Shown here: positions 11,970 through 22,975 of the stretch, in pieces
How the letters are laid out: each line of letters begins with the position of its first letter
How positions within the stretch are numbered: the first letter of the stretch is position 1
Assembly (NCBI RefSeq): GCF_022539665.2
Contig: NC_081333.1
Span: forward strand, 7,688,001-7,752,000
Direction of reading: 5' to 3'
DNA length: 64,000 nucleotides
Source of the DNA: Daphnia carinata
Lineage: Eukaryota
Position numbers and translations under genes: made by a program
The notes under the pieces: generated by a model
Databases searched by the model: none
Seen by the model: the letters and a program-made list of their open reading frames with translations, nothing else
Told to the model about the DNA's origin: nothing

Positions 11970-14517
11970 CTGTAAATAATAATAATAAAAAAAACAAATT
12001 CATTAATTAAAATGAAGAAGAAAAAAAAAAAAAAGAGTCGACTTGACAAGACGCAAACAGCGGGGGAAGTCGCGCCGAGTCTGTTGTGCGCGGTTGACAT
12101 TGGCACGGACGTTCGGCTAAAATTTACGAGCAATTAATATCTATAAAAAAAAAAAAAAGCAAAGAGAGAGAGAGAAGGGCAAAAAAAAAAAAAAAAAAAA
12201 AAAAACACACCGTGTGCGTAAATTGCCGATAGAAAAAGACGGAGGGGGCAATCTTATAGTAACAGGCGGGGGGGGGGGGGATATATAATACGAACCTGTC
12301 GACTCCGGGAAAAAAAAAAAAAGGCCGCCCGCCCAAAGAGTTCGAGGACTCACGCAAGTCCCTTTTTTTTTGTTGTTGTTGTTGTTGTTTTGTTTGAGAA
12401 ATTCGATTCAAAAGGAAAGTCTCCGCCTTTTCGAATCGCAAACACAACTGGGTCGGCCAATGAAAAGGGCGTACAAAAATGTTTTTTTCCAACGCAATAA
12501 AAATTGCCTCTCTCTCTCTCTCTCTCTCTATCCTTCTCCCCCCCCCCTTCCTTTCCACTGCGTGTACTATCTAGCCGAGTTTGGTGAATGTACACTTAAT
12601 GAGTCTAGATGGACATTTTGATTGGAGTTGAAAAACTTGGCCAACCTTTCGCTGTGTCGTTGCGATTCGAAATAATGAAGTCATTGACTTGTCCAACAAA
12701 CATTTCAGGCTCTGATATGATTTAGCATCAGCGTGTGTGTGTGTGTGTGTGTGTGTCTATGCAAATGTTTCTCTCTCTTTTTTTCTTCCGGATATCTATT
12801 TTATTTTTACGTAAAGGCATGAATTTCTACGAACCGTCGAGAAACGAGAAAGAAAAAAAAAAAGCCATTTCCATTTCAAAACACATCAATGGCAAAAAAA
12901 AAAAAAAAAAAAAACTCAACATTTCCCTCCCCAAAAAGATGTTATAACCGACGGGAGTAGGAATTTTACGACGTCGGACCCGAGACTTGTGAAATTTCTT
13001 TCCGTCCCGTCACTTCTTGCTTCGGCGCCCTCATCTCTTTTACGGAATCAAAGGAGAGGAGTAGATGGGACAACGAGCATCTTTTTTTTTTTAAATTTTA
13101 TTTCCCCTTTTTTTTTTTTTTTCTTTTCTTTCCCAACTGACAGAGAAATGTCTATCTGTTGGTGCTGCTCAATCTACCGTAAAGGTTAAGTGCGCACGTT
13201 GGCTATCAACTCCTACCGCCACAGTACATATGTTGTCTTTTAACAGTCACGCTATTCAAACAAGAGCATCACAGCAGCAAAGTGGTGTGTGTATGCGTAG
13301 CCGTTATTTGATCTATTTCCCATTTAACGTTTTTGACTCAAGTGCCCTCCCCCCCCTTTTCTTTTTTAAAAGGCCTTTACGAATTCAAACGATTTATTAT
13401 GTCTTTGATTGTGATATGAATTATAACGAAAAGCTTTCAGCAGTCGCAGAAAATGTTTTCATCCAAAGAAATTTAAAGAGAGATTCCCCTGACAAATGAT
13501 CGCATTCTACTATTGGCTTTGACTCGGGGAAAAGCGGAGACGGGGAGACGTACTTAAATGTGGGATGGAATGAAAACAAAAGCAAACAGGCTATCGAGAA
13601 AAAAAAAAAAAAAAAAAAAAGAGTAAAGAGATTTGAATGTCTGATTTTTTGATGCCTTGATGATGATGATGATTTTGACTTTGGGGCCGGGTGATTTGTC
13701 GGCCAAGATTAAGATAGCCACGTTGATAATCTATTCACGAAGACTGCTCAACGGGCGTGCACGATGTTTGGGAAATAAGGGGAAGACGGAGCAAAAAACA
13801 ACAACAACCTGAGGCTGTGTGTTGCCTGTATCCGTGATCCTCCCATTTTTTCCCTACGTCGTCGTAGGCCTATCATTTTCCCCCCGTTGGTCGGACAGTC
13901 CCAGCCACCAACACGTGAAGCGTGTCTTGCAATTTGAATAATACCGATGAGAAAAAAAAAAAAAAAAAATAAGAGAGCCACGGACATATTCTCCCCTATT
14001 TTTCTTGGACCCGACAACCAAGACTCGATAATGATAGCCATTGGCTCGTCAAGTGCCATTTTCTTTTTACCCAACGTCAGGATAAAAAAAAAAAAAAAAC
14101 CTTAGCACACACACGCATTGAAGAAATATGAAATGTTTTTTTTTTTGGGGGGGGGATTCTTTTCAAACTGTTGGACTTACAACTACGAAAAAAAGGGAGA
14201 GATTTCAATGCTGTCTAGCACCTGATCATAGAATCAATCGACTACTTCACGATAATCCATCAAGCATTTTTTTTTGTTAGTCTTCTCACTTCATGGATAC
14301 ATTTTCTCCCCTTTTAAAGAAGGGGGAATTCATCTTCCTCTTGTTCCCTCAACCCTCCCAAGACGTATTTGGGCATCTCGAAAAAAAAAAAAAAAAAAAA
14401 ACTCTTTTGACGATTGAACACGGAAAGTAAACACAAAATGTGGATCGTAACCGAGTCAGAATGGAACATGAAAAAGAAAAAAATCTCTTTTGATGTTTGT
14501 TTGGAGTTTTTTCTTAC

Positions 14518-14727
14518 CTGTCCATCGTCGATATTGTGATGAGATGAAAGCGGTGTGGAGGCTAGATTGCCTGGAATGACGATCGTTTCGCCTGAATCCA
14601 GCACGTGATGACTGGCCTGAACGAGCACATCGGGCCGTCGGACAACGTTGTACTGGTTTCCTTCGCCTCGTCCACTGTTGCCTCCGCGGCCTCCCGACGG
14701 GTCGTAAGAAAAGTGAACATTGCCCGT
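14518..14727 (-). CDS. TfAP-2: AP-2 coding exon (TGNVHFSYDP...VVRRPDVLV...HNIDDGQ)
   Basis: Acceptor tgtgtcgcag|ACG, donor CAG|GTAAGA, 210 nt, phase 0-0; VRRPDVL resembles the motif in vertebrate TFAP2B. Confidence 0.9.
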
Positions 14728-14808
14728 CTGCGACACAAAAACGCACTTCACATTAAATGATGACAGCCTCTTTTTCATCGCTCAATTTCCTCATTCGACA
14801 GAGTACAC

Positions 14809-14839
<31 letters not shown>

Positions 14840-15034
14840 GAAGGGCTTATAAAAATTAGGCAAAACGGTTTCACGCTCATTAACGGCACGGATGTCGTGC
14901 CAAACGAGGGTGAAACCGGAAGGTGTGAAACATCTTCCGTGACGTTTTTTTTTTAAATGAAATTAAACGATCATTTTTGCTCATTTATTATTAATTTAAA
15001 AAAATAATAATAATAGAAAAGGATAAAGACTTAC

Positions 15035-15244
15035 ATCGAGGGCTTCATGTTCGGCGCGTCTGAGGACTTCATGAGTGCGCTGGATTTGGCTATGCGTCGA
15101 ATAGTGGCTCTGATGGATCGTGTTGAGGCTGGAGTACGGGTCGTTGTTGCCCGACGAATTGCCCAATTGGACCGAGCCGGACGATGGGTGGAACTCGACG
15201 CCGACTTGCTGCTGTGGCGGGAACGGCGGCGGGAAATAGGGCGG
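15035..15244 (-). CDS. TfAP-2: AP-2 coding exon with PY transactivation motif (PPYFPPPFPPQQQ...RRAEHEALD)
   Basis: Acceptor ttttgtgcag|CCG, donor GAT|GTAAGT, 210 nt, phase 0-0. PPYFPPP is the conserved AP-2 family proline/tyrosine motif; also contains DPYS as in TFAP2 proteins. Confidence 0.93.
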
Positions 15245-16303
15245 CTGCACAAAATGGACCGAAATCGAATCCATTTACATAAGAAAAAGAAGAAAAAAAA
15301 AAAAAAAAAAAAGGGAAAAGAATTGAATATCAACCGGTTCAAATTAGCCAACATGTCACACGGACACACACACGAAAAAAAAAAACTTGATCGTTAGTTA
15401 TCCACGAAGAACAACAACAAAAAAAAAAAAATGACGGGACTCGCCATTGAAAGGTGCCAAAGACTTATTTGGGCAATTTTCTTTATAAAAAACAAAACAA
15501 AAACTTGACTTAGGATTTAAAAAAAAACAAAAAAAACTAATACAAATACGCGCGCGCACACACAAAACACAATAACATACAAAAATAAAACCAGTTATGT
15601 CACAAGAAAAAAAAAGGAACAGTAAAAAAAAAAAAAAAAAAAAAACCCCGGAAGATAATAAAAACGAGAACGAAATTTCAAATTAAAATAGTGGTTAAAA
15701 CAGGATAAATTGTGTGTGTCAGTTCAATCGCTGGAAAAATTTAAGAAGAACAAAAAATAAATAAGCGTATCGACAAGAAAAAGATGGAAACGGAAAATTA
15801 GATAAAAAAAAAAAAAAAAGGGGGGGGGGGCCAATTTAAAAGACAGTTCCAATATTCGTCCAATTCCGTCTATTCCATGAGTAGCGTGTGTTTTGTGCGT
15901 CGGGAATTTATAGACTACTCGTACCGGTATGTTTCTTATCTCTTTTTTTGTTCGTATTTTTGTCTTTCGGCTTCGTCTATTTAAACTAGATGAAAAACAA
16001 GCCGTTTATAATTTTATTTTATTATTTTTATTTATTTTTTTTTTTGAAATTTCTTTCTCCGAATAGGAAAGAAAAGACACGGAACCCATGACGTCAGAAA
16101 CTGACATTCCATTCCGCACCACTTTTCTCAAATTCGACAACTTTGTGGAGTGTCTACGACGTCGCTATGTCTTTTCGATTGTTCGATTTTGCATGGACAA
16201 ATTATTTTTGTAAAAAAAAACTGAGGACGACAAAAAAAAAAGAAAAAAAAAAAGAAAAAAGGGAACCGAAAAATTCTCTTTGCCCCAAAAAAAATCTCCT
16301 TAC

Positions 16304-16399
16304 CATGTGCATGACATCGTGACCGCGGCCGGTCATGTGGTTGTGATGATTCCGGACCGACCAGTCGGCGGCCCGTTCGTGCAGAGCCCGTCGCTCGCA
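16304..16399 (-). CDS. TfAP-2: AP-2 coding exon (CERRALHERAADWSVRNHHNHMTGRGHDVMHM)
   Basis: Acceptor tgttgttccag|TGC, donor ATG|GTAAGG, 96 nt, phase 0-0, GC-rich island in AT-rich intron. Confidence 0.8.
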
Positions 16400-16447
16400 C
16401 TGGAACAACATTTTGGGGTTTTCTTCGCCGTTCGACTATATATTTGT

Positions 16448-16478
<31 letters not shown>

Positions 16479-16709
16479 GGAGTTGTACGGATATTAAGTC
16501 AAAAGAGTTTTGTAGAACGGATCGTCAAAATGTGCGAGTTTGCCAAGTCGAGTTAGGAAGAGATGAGTTAGAAGAAGGAATGATTTCCCCTAGTAGCCGA
16601 GTTGAGTTAGTCGGAGAGAACCAAATTGGAAGTGACCGCCACCGATATCAAACATGAAAGTCTGTCGCTCGCTTTTTGTTTTCTGTACGTGTCCAGCAAC
16701 TTACTGTAC

Positions 16710-16775
16710 CTCCATAACTGCAGACATGACGTCCGCCGGCATATACGAGAAGCTAAATGTGTCGATATCCGGCAT
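16710..16775 (-). CDS. TfAP-2: AP-2 candidate alternative first coding exon (MPDIDTFSFSYMPADVMSAVME)
   Basis: ATG at 16775, 22 codons, donor GAG|GTACAG in phase 0, 310 nt upstream of the CERR exon acceptor. Short alternative first exons are typical of vertebrate TFAP2 genes. Confidence 0.45.
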
Positions 16776-19015
16776 AAGACGACCTGTCGTGTCACAATAG
16801 ACACGTGCCCACTTTTGTCTTTCCTCGATTTATTTGGCGTTTCTCAGACGAATCGAATTCGCGTAGAGAGAAGGATATTTAAAAAAAAAAAAAAAAAAAT
16901 AGAGCCACACGGCAAAAAGAAACTGAAATAGCCTCTTTGTGCGAATGATTTTTTAAAACAATAAGTCCTCTAAATCAATTTTTTGAAAAGAATGTCTTCT
17001 CTCCTTTTGGTTCGATCACGCTGCAAAACACCGGTATGAATTTCCAAAACAACTTCAAAAGAATCTTGTTTGTTTTTGGCTGTTCTGACACTAAGACAGC
17101 GCACTCGGTGTAGGTGGAGGGAAATGAATCACTGGCACCGCAAAACACATCGCTCACAAAGCACTGAGTGAAAAATAGTCGCAACAAACGGATAACATTC
17201 GAAATCGAATTCGATGTGTAAACACGCGCTAGTCGTCAAGTCTTTTTTTTCTGTTTTTGGCGATGATTGCCTTACTGTCCCGTCCTCTTATGACACCTGC
17301 GTTCGAGACGGATGCAGAGAGGGCTCTGAAGGCTCTACCAGGGTCGACTGCTACACTATACTTCCCCTCGTATATGTGTGTCTCTCGCCCCTCTTCCTCC
17401 TCTTTTACCCCACCCTATCCTACCCACCAACCTTTGGCTGCAATCGTACACTCAGGGGAGGAATCACATACATACAGTGGCGGACTCTGGTGTCGCTCAC
17501 GCACACGGGGAGAGGAGGTGGCCCCTGAGGGCGGGCCTGTCCCGGAGAGAAGCTTATTTTTTTTTTTTTCTCGCTTTTTTTTTTTTTTTTTTATAGAGAG
17601 GGGAGATGGGAGGCGGGGGGGGGGGGGGGTCGATAACTAGGCGAGATAACAAGGACTTGCTCCCAGCCCTTGCCGTTGCAATTTACCTCTATATACCCTC
17701 CCTTCGTCCAGAGATTCGACGACGACGACGACGTCGTCGTCGGTGCTGGGCCACGGCACACGCACGCGCGGCCCTCACATGCACCGGCTTTCGTCGACGG
17801 GTGGAAGAGAGTAAAGTTTGTGCTCCGCCTCTTTCGGTCTTGAGTCAACCAATCGGGTGACTTGCCACTTAATTGGAACCCCCCCACCAAAGAGAGAGGC
17901 TACTTACTATTAGACCACTACTATTTTTCCTACATGTATTCACCGAGCAACATCGTTTCTTCTATCAAAGAAAATCATAATAATCGTCTCGCGTTCAATG
18001 GGCCTATGTGCGCATTCTTAAACTTTTTTTTTTTTTTTTGGCAACTTTTATTTATTTATTTTACGATTATTATGTTTTCTTTTTCAATGCGATACAAGCG
18101 ACGTCTTTTTGCGGTGGCTTTCCTTTATGATAACCCCACCCTTTTCCAGTGCATCCCGAACAAATAACATAAAGAGGGAGCGTCTGATCGGGCCGGTAAC
18201 GACCGGTCGTACAAACAAAAAATGCTCTCAAATAAAAAAATGATTTCAAAATGTTTGAACGACAAAGAGAAATAGAGGGGAAATTTCCACTCGGGGAGTT
18301 TCATGACAACGGCAATCATTTTGAATAATAATAACACACGACAAAAATCAAAATGTAAAACAACATGGGAAAGAAACGGAACAATTAAGAAAATATTTCC
18401 AAGAAAGAAAACAAAAAACTCAAAAAAAGCCGAAAATTCCATTTTTTTTTGTTTTCTTTTCTACTTATCAAAACAGAAAAGAAAAATAAATAAGAGTAAA
18501 CTATCTATAGTGGTCACGGTGTGCGCTGAACGTCGGTGATGACGCTCTTGTCTACACCGGCCGACCCCACGATCTCCCCCTCCCCCAAACAGGAAAAGAA
18601 TCAATGGGCGCCATAAACAAAACTTTGTCGCCCCTCTACTCTCGTTTGAAATGCGTCTCTTTCCGTCCCACATTTCTAACATATCCACACTCAGTTTCGG
18701 AGAAAAGAAAGGAAAATTAAAAAATAAATAAATAAAGAATCAGAATCAAAAATAAAGGTACGTCCGCCAAACGCTAGATGGCACTTTCCAATTCCTATTG
18801 TGTTGTTTGGCCCTTTCTTTTCCTCGACGTTTATTCTCCCCTTTTTTTTCCCAACAAGAAGAAAAAAAAAGTACATTTTTCTTACTTTTTCAAAAAGATA
18901 AAAAAAGAAAAAAAAAAACCGGAATGCCGCCAAGGTAAGTAGTCTTTCTTTTTTTTCTCTTTTTTTGTACCCTGAAATGCAGGTGCAGCAGCGCGGCGGC
19001 TAACGTATAATCAAC

Positions 19016-19018
<3 letters not shown>

Positions 19019-19106
<88 letters not shown>
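19019..19106. repeat. Long (CT)n followed by (CTTT)n microsatellite in AP-2 intron 1
   Basis: About 70 bp of pure CT repeat followed by CTTT units. Confidence 0.95.
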
Positions 19107-19107
<1 letters not shown>

Positions 19108-19326
19108 GTAGGTAAAGAGTGTGTGCGGTGTGTACTCGATGTGTGTGTGTACGTGGACGTAGCCATGTCAAGACAGGGCCAGTCCGGTGATCCTTCATCA
19201 TCTCGAGCACAGATGCACAGCAAATGGCCACAGCGCTATACACTGGAAGGCGGAGGTGCAATCACACACACACACACACACACAGACACAAGCACAAGAG
19301 TGAATGTAATCACAAGATTAAAAAAA

Positions 19327-19358
<32 letters not shown>

Positions 19359-21430
19359 AAAAAAAAAAAAAAAGAGAGGTAGGATAATCACAACAGCAAC
19401 AGCAGCGATTTCCTGGAACGCTGCCAAGCTCTTTTCTTTCTTCGTCACATGAAAGAGATGGTGCTCGAGATAGGGCGGGAGAGTCTAGGAAGATGCATTA
19501 AGATCTCAAAGGACGATATATTTTTATTGCGCGCGCTCTTTTCCCTTCTTTTTTTTTCTTTTTCACCTGACGTCACTCGGTGCAACGCTCGCAATCATGC
19601 GCACACAAGTCGAAGAAAAGTCAACTCGGAAAGAAAGAAAAGCAATCAAAAGGGACCATTCACACCGACTCGTGAAACTTAACCGAACATTGACAATGAC
19701 ATCATCGTGAGACCGTGAGTTTTTGTCGGTTAGAGTCGGTATGGTACTACTAGTAGTCCTATCAAAAAGCGCGTAGGACGGCATCCAGACGGCCAACTCG
19801 AAATTGATCAACATCTCTTAAATGTACCTATTGCGCCTACTCAAGTCTTAAAGCGAGGGTGCATTTAGAGAGTGACTTTTTTCTTCTTCAGTTATTGCTT
19901 TACAAAAAAAAAAAAAAAAAATAAATAAATAAATAAATAAAATATTAAGACTGAAAAGAGATAAGGCGGATGGATGGTAACAACCCGGCAAAAAGAGCGA
20001 CTGGACGCTCGGGAAAGGAATATATAAATAAAACCATAAAAAGAGATGGGGCAATCACGTGCAATCAACAGTTAAGTCACACAACAACAACAAAAAAAGC
20101 GAAAAAATAAAAATAAAAGATTGGAAAGAGAGAATAAAATAAAATGAAATTTTTTTTTCCCCAGTTTTTTGCGAGCGCGCGCGTGGATCGAACGTTATCG
20201 ATCGTCACACCACAGATGACGCCAACTTCTTTTTCTTTTCCGAGAAAAGGTAAAGAAAGCAAGAAAAGAAAGAAAAAAACTAACATGGGGTAGTACAGTA
20301 GATTACGGAATCCAGACAGGTGGAATCGAGGCCGGATGGAAGGGGAAAAAAAACGAAAAAAAAAAAAACGAAACAAGACACAAAAGAAGAGGAAAAAGAA
20401 GGACGACTTGAACCTCCTCTCCATCCATTTCAAAATGTTCTTCAGACTTTTTTTTTTTGGGAGAGAACTCCCCTATATTTTTCTTTCATTCTCCTTGTAT
20501 TCTTTTTACCTGGACGACGTGGAAAGAAAGGAGGGAAGAAGCGGAGGAGGGTGATTGGAAGTGGAGATAGAAGATGCGTATAACCTTGACGGCCCAGGTA
20601 TCCCAACAACTCCCTCCCCCCGTTCTTTCTTTTTTTTTCTTCTTCTTCTTCCCTCCTCATATAGAAACCAAGGGCTTTTGTCCACACGCACATGCACGCG
20701 CGACGGACACTTTTTTTTAGGAAAAAAAAAAAGAATATAGAATCAACTGCCATCATTTTTTTTTTTTGTTCTTGCCTTTTCTCTTCCAAGTTCAGACGAG
20801 AAAACGTATTGGGAAAAGTTCCTCAGAAATGACCTTACATCGGAGGACATGTGGGCCGAAACGTTTCATTTTTTTTTCTCTCACCAATAAAATGTGGGCG
20901 GGGTCTTAATATTTGAAAAAAATAAAATCTGTTATTACGTTGCAGTGTCTAAGGTTAGCTGCCCTTGACGGCGTTGAAATTGCCAGGGAACCCACACACC
21001 AACCTGTTGCTTTAGAAAACACAAGGTGGACTAGCTTTTTTTTTTCTTTCCAAGTCAAACGAAACAAAAAGCGACAAAGACAAGGGCATTCAACACGGAA
21101 TCCCTTGCAAACAAAAAGAGCAACCCCCGCCTAAAGGGGGAAAAAAAAAGAATTACTCAAAACGCTCGTAGAAAAAGAAAGAAAACAAAAACGGGCCTAT
21201 TGGCATCACCAGTGTGAGCGGTCGGGACCAGCCGCCGCGAGCCAACAAGGTATCCCCCCCCTGTAACACACCGCTGTGTGTGTGTGTGTGTGATATTCTT
21301 TCCTTCGCCCTGTTTTTTCCAACATCAAAATAGCTTGTGGCACTACACGCGGCTTCGACACACGCGGTTCGAGACAACCGAACATTCCTTCATACTTTGA
21401 AATGAAAAGCAAAAATAAGAGTTGACAAAC

Positions 21431-21820
21431 CTCGTCGACTTCGACAGCTTGATCGGCGTCGTCATGACCGGGACCGACTTCAGACGTGTCGATGAGGAAG
21501 ACTGTGGCTACGTCGTTGTTGTTGTTGTTGAGCGGCCGTTTCTGAGGTGATAGAGCGTCGCCGTCAGTGTCTTGGTCGTCGATCGGTTGACCGTCATCGT
21601 CTGCTTCCATATGGCTTCCGTGCTGGTGGTGATTGTTCTCTTGCTGGTGATGGTGGTCTTCCAGAATCTGAACCATTTCGCGTTTGTGGACGACCAGCAT
21701 AGGAATGCCCGCACCGGTTGAGCCGCCAGATCCAACAGAACCAGCAGATCCAGCCGGACTGTGATTGTTGTCGTTGTGATTCGTGTCCAAATCTTCAGCC
21801 ATTGGACTCATGTCGGCCAT
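21431..21820 (-). CDS. TfAP-2: AP-2 transcription factor, putative first coding exon (long isoform), 130 aa low-complexity acidic/His/Asn-rich N-terminus
   Basis: GC-rich, homopolymer-free ORF MADMSPMAEDLDTNHN...DADQAVEVDE, 390 nt, ends at donor GAG|GTTTGT in phase 0, compatible with the phase-0 acceptor of exon 16304-16399. No AP-2 homology of its own; assignment rests on position, strand and phase. Confidence 0.75.
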
Positions 21821-22689
21821 TCTTTTCGCAACTTGTGTCTTTCTTCTGCTTCACACACACTCATACATACACCAACACTAAACACTTTTTGTTCGGCCGA
21901 AAGGTCTGTGATGCAATCAACAGGTGGATGAACAACACACGAAAAAATGATGCCAGATTTAAACTAGGAGTACGTGAGCCAGACACAAAGTCGTGTTGTT
22001 AAGGAAAAATGAAGATTATGGGGAAAAAAAATTGTAAATGTATCGACGAGAAGAAGGCAGGTGGGTTAGGGCCAAGATGGCGCCGACCAACACACAGCGC
22101 GCCAAAAGACTGAACAAATCCTCGTCGAAAGTCTTGGTGTACAAGTTCACTAAATGTTACACTAAAATAGAATCAATTCCGACAAACAAGTGTTTTCAAA
22201 CGAGTCGTGAATCCATCGTTACCAGCAAGTTTTGCCACACACCATGGGTTTCTTCTTTTTCAAACCCTCCACCAAACTGTTGATATGTGTGTGTGTGTGT
22301 GTGTATTTTTTTCTTTTTCTGTCAGGGTCGGCTCCACACACACACATACAGTGCCACACTGCACACATACGACGTGATGGTGGCAGTTGTTGTCCGAACT
22401 GTGTTGGATTCGCTCTTGATTTAATCGTTTCCGCGCACACTACACAAATCTATTTGCACAAACACACGGAGGAGTGGGTGAAAAATATCAAAAGCGTGTG
22501 TGTGTATGCTAAAAAGTCATCGAGAGACACACAGAGAGAAAGAGAGGGGGAGATAGAGAACGACAACGTGGTGCGGCCGTTGCCGGAGGGAAAGCCTCGA
22601 CGAACTTGACTGTGGCTGCGAACGCGCTCGCAAGACGATGGCTGTGCTGGGTCCGAGTTGTGCGGATCTGGCCGCAAGGGGGTCTTTGC

Positions 22690-22730
22690 CAAGCGGTTCG
22701 GCCTCGAGTTTCAAACCGCAACTGAGGAAT
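22690..22730 (-). promoter_or_regulatory. Putative core promoter/TSS of long AP-2 isoform
   Basis: Arthropod-type initiator TCAGTT at 22725-22720 (minus), MTE-like CGAGGCCGAACC starting about +18, GC-rich transcribed-looking block 22560-22720 downstream, long (GA)n tract ~210 bp upstream. Implies a ~900 nt 5' leader to ATG 21820. Confidence 0.45.
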
Positions 22731-22931
22731 GCAACAGTGCGCGCCACCAGTCTGTGTGTGTGTGAGAGTGGGGCTTTCCATTGAAGAAAAAAAAGGCAAA
22801 TAAAAAATGGTGGTAGATATACATGAGAATGGTGGTGTGAATCCAAGTGGATGATGAAAATAGAGAAGAGGAGAGAGAGAGAACGCCAGCGACCTTTCCT
22901 CGCCCTTCTCTTTTTCCTTCTTTCTTTCTTT

Positions 22932-22934
<3 letters not shown>

Positions 22935-22968
<34 letters not shown>
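22935..22968. repeat. (CT)n/(GA)n microsatellite upstream of putative TSS
   Basis: Direct observation; GAGAG arrays are GAGA-factor-type sites in insects. Confidence 0.9.

Positions 22969-22975
<7 letters not shown>

Noticed and set aside
14314..14400. MPKYVLGGLREQEEDEFPLL as an exon
   Set aside because: Rare GAG acceptor, no good donor and ends in a stop; the 70-nt exon at 11900-11969 supplies the required phases and homology.
15047..15397. 116-aa protein-looking + strand ORF
   Set aside because: Antisense shadow of the PY-motif exon.
18890..19261. Minus-strand ORF as a third first exon (phase-0 GTACAA donor near 18970)
   Set aside because: Frame runs through a ~70-bp GA microsatellite, the donor is weak and there is no homology.
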